From positions 7,688,001 through 7,752,000 of the forward strand of contig OZ365111.1 in assembly GCA_977030845.1 (NCBI GenBank): a stretch of 64,000 nt of DNA. Reading direction: 5' to 3'. Shown in pieces: positions 59,346-64,000 of the stretch; position 1 is the stretch's first letter; every line of letters starts with the position of its first letter. The translations under genes were made by a program, and so were the position numbers. The notes below the pieces were generated by a model that did not search any database, was not told the origin of the DNA, and saw only the letters and a program-made list of their open reading frames with translations. This DNA comes from Fimbriosthenelais zetlandica. Taxonomy: Eukaryota.

Positions 59346-62300
59346 CTGAACCATGGACTAACTACACATAATTGATCTAGAGCTATAGAAATTATCTCAC
59401 CAGGTCAAATATCTCTTTTCCTTTTACACTTGGGCTAAGACAATGTGTTTACGTTTACGACATGCAATTTCATACCATGGAAAGCATACATTAAAATCTT
59501 CCTGAGAGTCTCGAGATTAGGCGCATGTCAATTGCTCTGTTCTGTAGTAAGCTTTCTGGGCTTTAAAGGCTTTTACCCTTTTGAACCAAATATGAATTGA
59601 AGAAAAATATTCTATTTTCAATACTGATTTACGCAATACTTGGATGTCATGAGATCAGAAAGGGCCTCTGGAAGTGATTCACTTTGATTTAATGCTGACA
59701 TATGCGAAAACCACCCACTCAGTTTGATGACTCCCTACAACTTGTACAAGGAGGAGAAGGGATATCTTTGACAACCAGCTCGTAGGATTAGAGCAATAAA
59801 TGAACCAGTTCGTTAGGAAACGATAAATCCATTTCAATGTATTCATTGGGGAGGAACAATAGACAGGGTTTAACCTTGCTGAAAGATTAACAATTATAGA
59901 GACGACCCCTGGAAATGACCCATGTCTTTGCATCATTATAGAGTATTACAGAGCCAACTAAACAAAGCATTAACTTTTGATCCCAGCATAAAACCATTGG
60001 CTTGTGACCTTGTAAGTCAGGATTTGCCCGACATAAAGACTCCACAACTTCATTAGCCCGGGTTGTTATTTGGTCCGCCTCTAGGGGGAGTGGGGGTCGT
60101 GTTGCGTCTCGCGCTCTTCGAGAGCCGCCATCTTGCCCGAGACTACTATGACATCACGACACCCGCGCGGCCCCGATTGGCTAATGAAGCTACTTAGAGG
60201 AACTAATGAAGAAATATGAACGCACGTCAGGCCTGAACGTGGCGTGTGCTACCCGTGCAAACGGCCCCTCACCACTTCTCAACATACAAACAAGCGGAGG
60301 GCTTAAGATAGCAGGTCGTGGTGTCACCTTCAACCTCTCTAATCGCCGTTGTCGAGATCTGGAACTTTCCCACAACTCCTCACCCTAGAATGCAGCGCTT
60401 GCTGATATAGGGAGACTGTATATAGTACTCACTACGTTACTGTACAGTAAATCAAAATGAGAAAATACAAGACTCAATCTCACTTCAGTTTTATGCATGA
60501 GCAAAGTATCATTAAACTAAGATGCAGTTCCTTATAGTGCAGTGGATAACGTAATAAATGACGTTTTTTATTCGTTGGAAATATTATGCTTGTTTGAGCA
60601 GGAAGCTTGGCTAAGAGGTCGTATGAAACAGGAAGGTATCTCAGAGAACAACCACCACATCCTCATCCAATTAGTCATTAGAGATAGAGGAATAAAGAAT
60701 AAATCACTGTGACATATCAGTGCACGGTGATGGGGCGAGGTGCCAGGTCCTGCCATGAGTGATGTTTTGTCAGTAGAGAAAATATTGCTGATCGCACCAA
60801 GAAGGGCCCATTAATACCATCAACTAACGTGAGAAGGTTGTCTATCATCTACAACATGCCCTCGATATTTGGATGACTGGTGAGAAAACCTGTGTGCCGT
60901 TTTTTTTTGTCATAGTCTACCAAAAGAATTTGGTTTCAGAAAACAATAATTAAACATCACTGTGATCACAAAACCAAAAATGTCATCATCCACGAATTGA
61001 CCCATTTCTGCTGGATGTTGAAAGGCATAATTTTTGCTCATTAATTCATACATCAAGAATGTTACTTCCAAGAATTACTACATAATATGGCCTGTTTATG
61101 TATAAGTATAGATGTCAGTAGTTGTGCATTAATGTCATGATTGTCACAATATATTGTCATGACTAATTTTCTGCCATAATTTAACCACAACCTAAATATT
61201 TCCACCGAGTATTCTTCCACATCGTATAATGTCAATTAGAATCAGCAAGAAATATGAGATTCTAATTGTAATCCCCCTGAAGAAATGATGATCCTCACAA
61301 TATCTAATTAAATCCAGGCGAGGAATAAATCAAATCTAATTATCCAATTAAGCAGCGACGAATGGATGCATGGGTATATGGGGCCTGCTTGTGAAACAAC
61401 CAGAGTGGTGCGATCATAGAGATAATCTATTCCCCAGTCATTATAATGCCTTGACAAGACCATTGATTTGGCCGTTAATCAGAGCAAGGGGAGTGAAATT
61501 CATCCAGCTGCTTTCCTGCCCATGCCACTCGACCCCTGGCCCCGTGCTCCGGCTCCTTACCTTTAATCAAGTGTAACGTTAGCCGCCACTTGTGCATGGT
61601 CTCGGGCAAGATACCTGTATAATTACAACCTAATATGCTGCCTATACCTGACCCCCGTAACCTTCAGTAACTTGAAGACAGCCACTGTCTGCCAATGACG
61701 TCATGAGCTATATGTGGTGTTAGACAGGTTTTTGCTCATGATCTTGGAATCTACGTGAAATTCCCTAGCTAGAAAGTAAGACCTTATTGTCTTATAGCCC
61801 TATATAGCTGTTCATCTGTCTACGCAAAGGTACTTGTCGCGAAAAATCTCACTGTTTCAACGCTGTCACATTAGTAAAAATGATAGAAAGAATGCCTATA
61901 TGATGCAGGGTATATTCCCGTTTGACATACATGTATACAGATTTCATAAAGCTGCGTATAGAGTTATTGAACGCAGGACAGAAATATGTGTTATCGATCT
62001 TTGTAGGTCCATACCAAATTGTAGTAAACATGCGGTGTACAAAGAAAGGGAAGGTAAAATGAACGTATAAAACCCCAAGGTATAGCATATGGTACCGCCC
62101 ATGCATAGGCAAGGCTGGGGAAGGACATGGCTGCCGATACGTCATGTATGCAGTTAACAATCCATCGTTCAAATAAGCTTATTGCGTGTCTAGGGATGAT
62201 CCCACCCATTGGAATAAGCCCCGACCTTCTACCGCCCTAATGAGCATCGTGACTGCCTTGTAGGAATAATACAAGCTTATTGTTTTAACAACGCGACGAT

Positions 62301-64000
62301 TGTATCGGTCACTGAGATGTGCGCAGACGACATTTGACATGACGAAGTGCCCCGGAAGTTGACTGATTGCATGACTTGCGAATGTCGCCCGCTCACCTGA
62401 CTGCTGTGATTGGCTTTGTTTGAACATATCTTGCGGCCCGCCACCCAGCTACACTGACTGACGACTGCAATTAAACTGGGCGTTTACTAAGTCTTAGTGT
62501 TTACAAAGAAAAGAACAACCAGGGTCTCTAAAGGTCGAGGGGCAGAAACACGGTCTGGTTTTTTTTACTCTCCTTGGAAGAAGTACTCAAGACATGCAAG
62601 GGGAGTCACCTGTATTGGCTGTTGTTGCACTTATAAGCTCTTTGATAACTCTTGGGCTGAGACATGACGTTAGGATAATTGTGAATCTCCTATTTGACAA
62701 TGTACCACACGCGCTCCCTCAAAGGGAACTCCTTATTATCAGTCTGAAAATGATGCGGGGTGCATGCAAAATTTCCCGGGTTCAGATTGTCTATGAACCC
62801 TCAAAGCACCCGAGAAACCGATTCCCTCTTTTTTATTTTTAATGAGCGACTTCTTATGATCTAATTGGATGTACTGCTCGGCAGTTTGCCCTTTTAATAA
62901 AATCTCCCCAAAAGATTTTGCATGGAACCTTTCCAAAAAACTGGGCTACCTAACTGATGCAGGTCTAGATGATGGATGCATGCATATAGTGGGAAAAAAC
63001 TATCGTTAATTATATAAGGTTTTGTCCGAATTAATATAACATTAAAAATATCTATTTAGTTTCCACATTCAAAATGTCTCACCGAATTAGGAAGTTAGAT
63101 TTATGCTGATGTAAACCATACCTCTAGTTTTATACAAATTTAACAGGAAGTTTCTTCCTGAGTAACTTCAATGGAATGGTTAAATGTTGCTTCTCTTGTA
63201 ACCTTTGGTTCTAGACCCTTTATTTTTGGTTGTTCACCCATCGGTCTTTTGCCTTGACCGCTGGCCGGTCCTTGTGCCCAGGTCATTTGTCACTGCTGGG
63301 GTTCTCCTGTCCACTTAGTGGTCAGCTCCGGTCATCATCCCCGGCTACTGCTGGCCACTACTTCTGGGCAATGATGGATGACCCAAGCCAGCCTTGTCCT
63401 TCTCCCTTTCCTCCTATTTTTCTCTCTTTCCACTCTCTGCTTCAATGGTGCAGGGTTCATATAGCTAAAATAGAGGAAGGGGTGTTTAAGGTAACCACAG
63501 ATTGCAGACATAGATTGTAAAATCAGTTTTCACCGATTCCATTATCCATTTAGGTAACCATTAAGTCCTGGCCAATATAACATTAACCCACGTACAAGAT
63601 AGTCTATTCAAGATTGTACAACCCCACTGTAATTTTCCCAGCAATTAAAAAGTACAAAAAGTTTGAACGTTGTACTCACCAATGTAGAATGTATTATATG
63701 AACCTTACCAAGAACCAAAGCATGATTAGAACCGAAAAATAATTAATGATAGACATAATACTTTCCTGGGTTCAAATTGGGTTCTGAACCAGCACCTGAG
63801 AAAATCGCCTTATGTATAGGCCCAGTGAGCATTCATTTCTCGCACATCACAACAGCGGAGAGCGAGTTTACTCCCTCCAATTACCGATTAATATCATTAA
63901 GTAACATGCCTAGCAAAGGAAAAACTCCATCCTAATTGGACTATATGTCTTTGTGCTCTCTCTACTAATTAATACTGACCGTGTTACGATGAATGCTTAC

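Noticed and set aside
1-64000. Prokaryotic features (CRISPR arrays, operons, rRNA, defence systems)
   Set aside because: The window is clearly intron-containing animal DNA; no spacer-repeat arrays or rRNA-like sequence seen.

Overview
Eukaryotic, AT-rich animal genomic DNA, most likely from an invertebrate bilaterian: the protein has the RKTEK and HSLPLP variants I recall from CEH-10/fly Vsx rather than vertebrate RKREK/HSIPLP. The species cannot be determined from the window. The only protein-coding gene I can support is a Vsx/Chx10 (CVC paired-like homeobox) gene on the minus strand, spanning about 30 kb. Its CDS exons are 38474-37985, 25437-25365, 20329-20206, [10905-10725 OR 10617-10437] and 9044-8695, giving 405 aa with an eh1/octapeptide, basic NLS, Q50 homeodomain, CVC domain and OAR motif. 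The main discovery is that the 181-nt exon encoding homeodomain helix 3 plus the CVC domain exists as two intact tandem copies separated by a 107-nt intron. They share 52 of 60 residues, but 35 of the 46 degenerate codons at conserved residues differ synonymously. They cannot be spliced together in frame, which points to an old, selected pair of mutually exclusive exons in a homeobox gene. The window also holds two identical tRNA-Val(AAC) genes about 2 kb upstream of the putative promoter, several PIF/Harbinger-like MITEs, a near-perfect 118-nt hairpin in intron 2, minisatellites, and large non-coding tracts that look cis-regulatory. Almost all ORFs in the supplied track are spurious. All coordinates and counts were read by eye.
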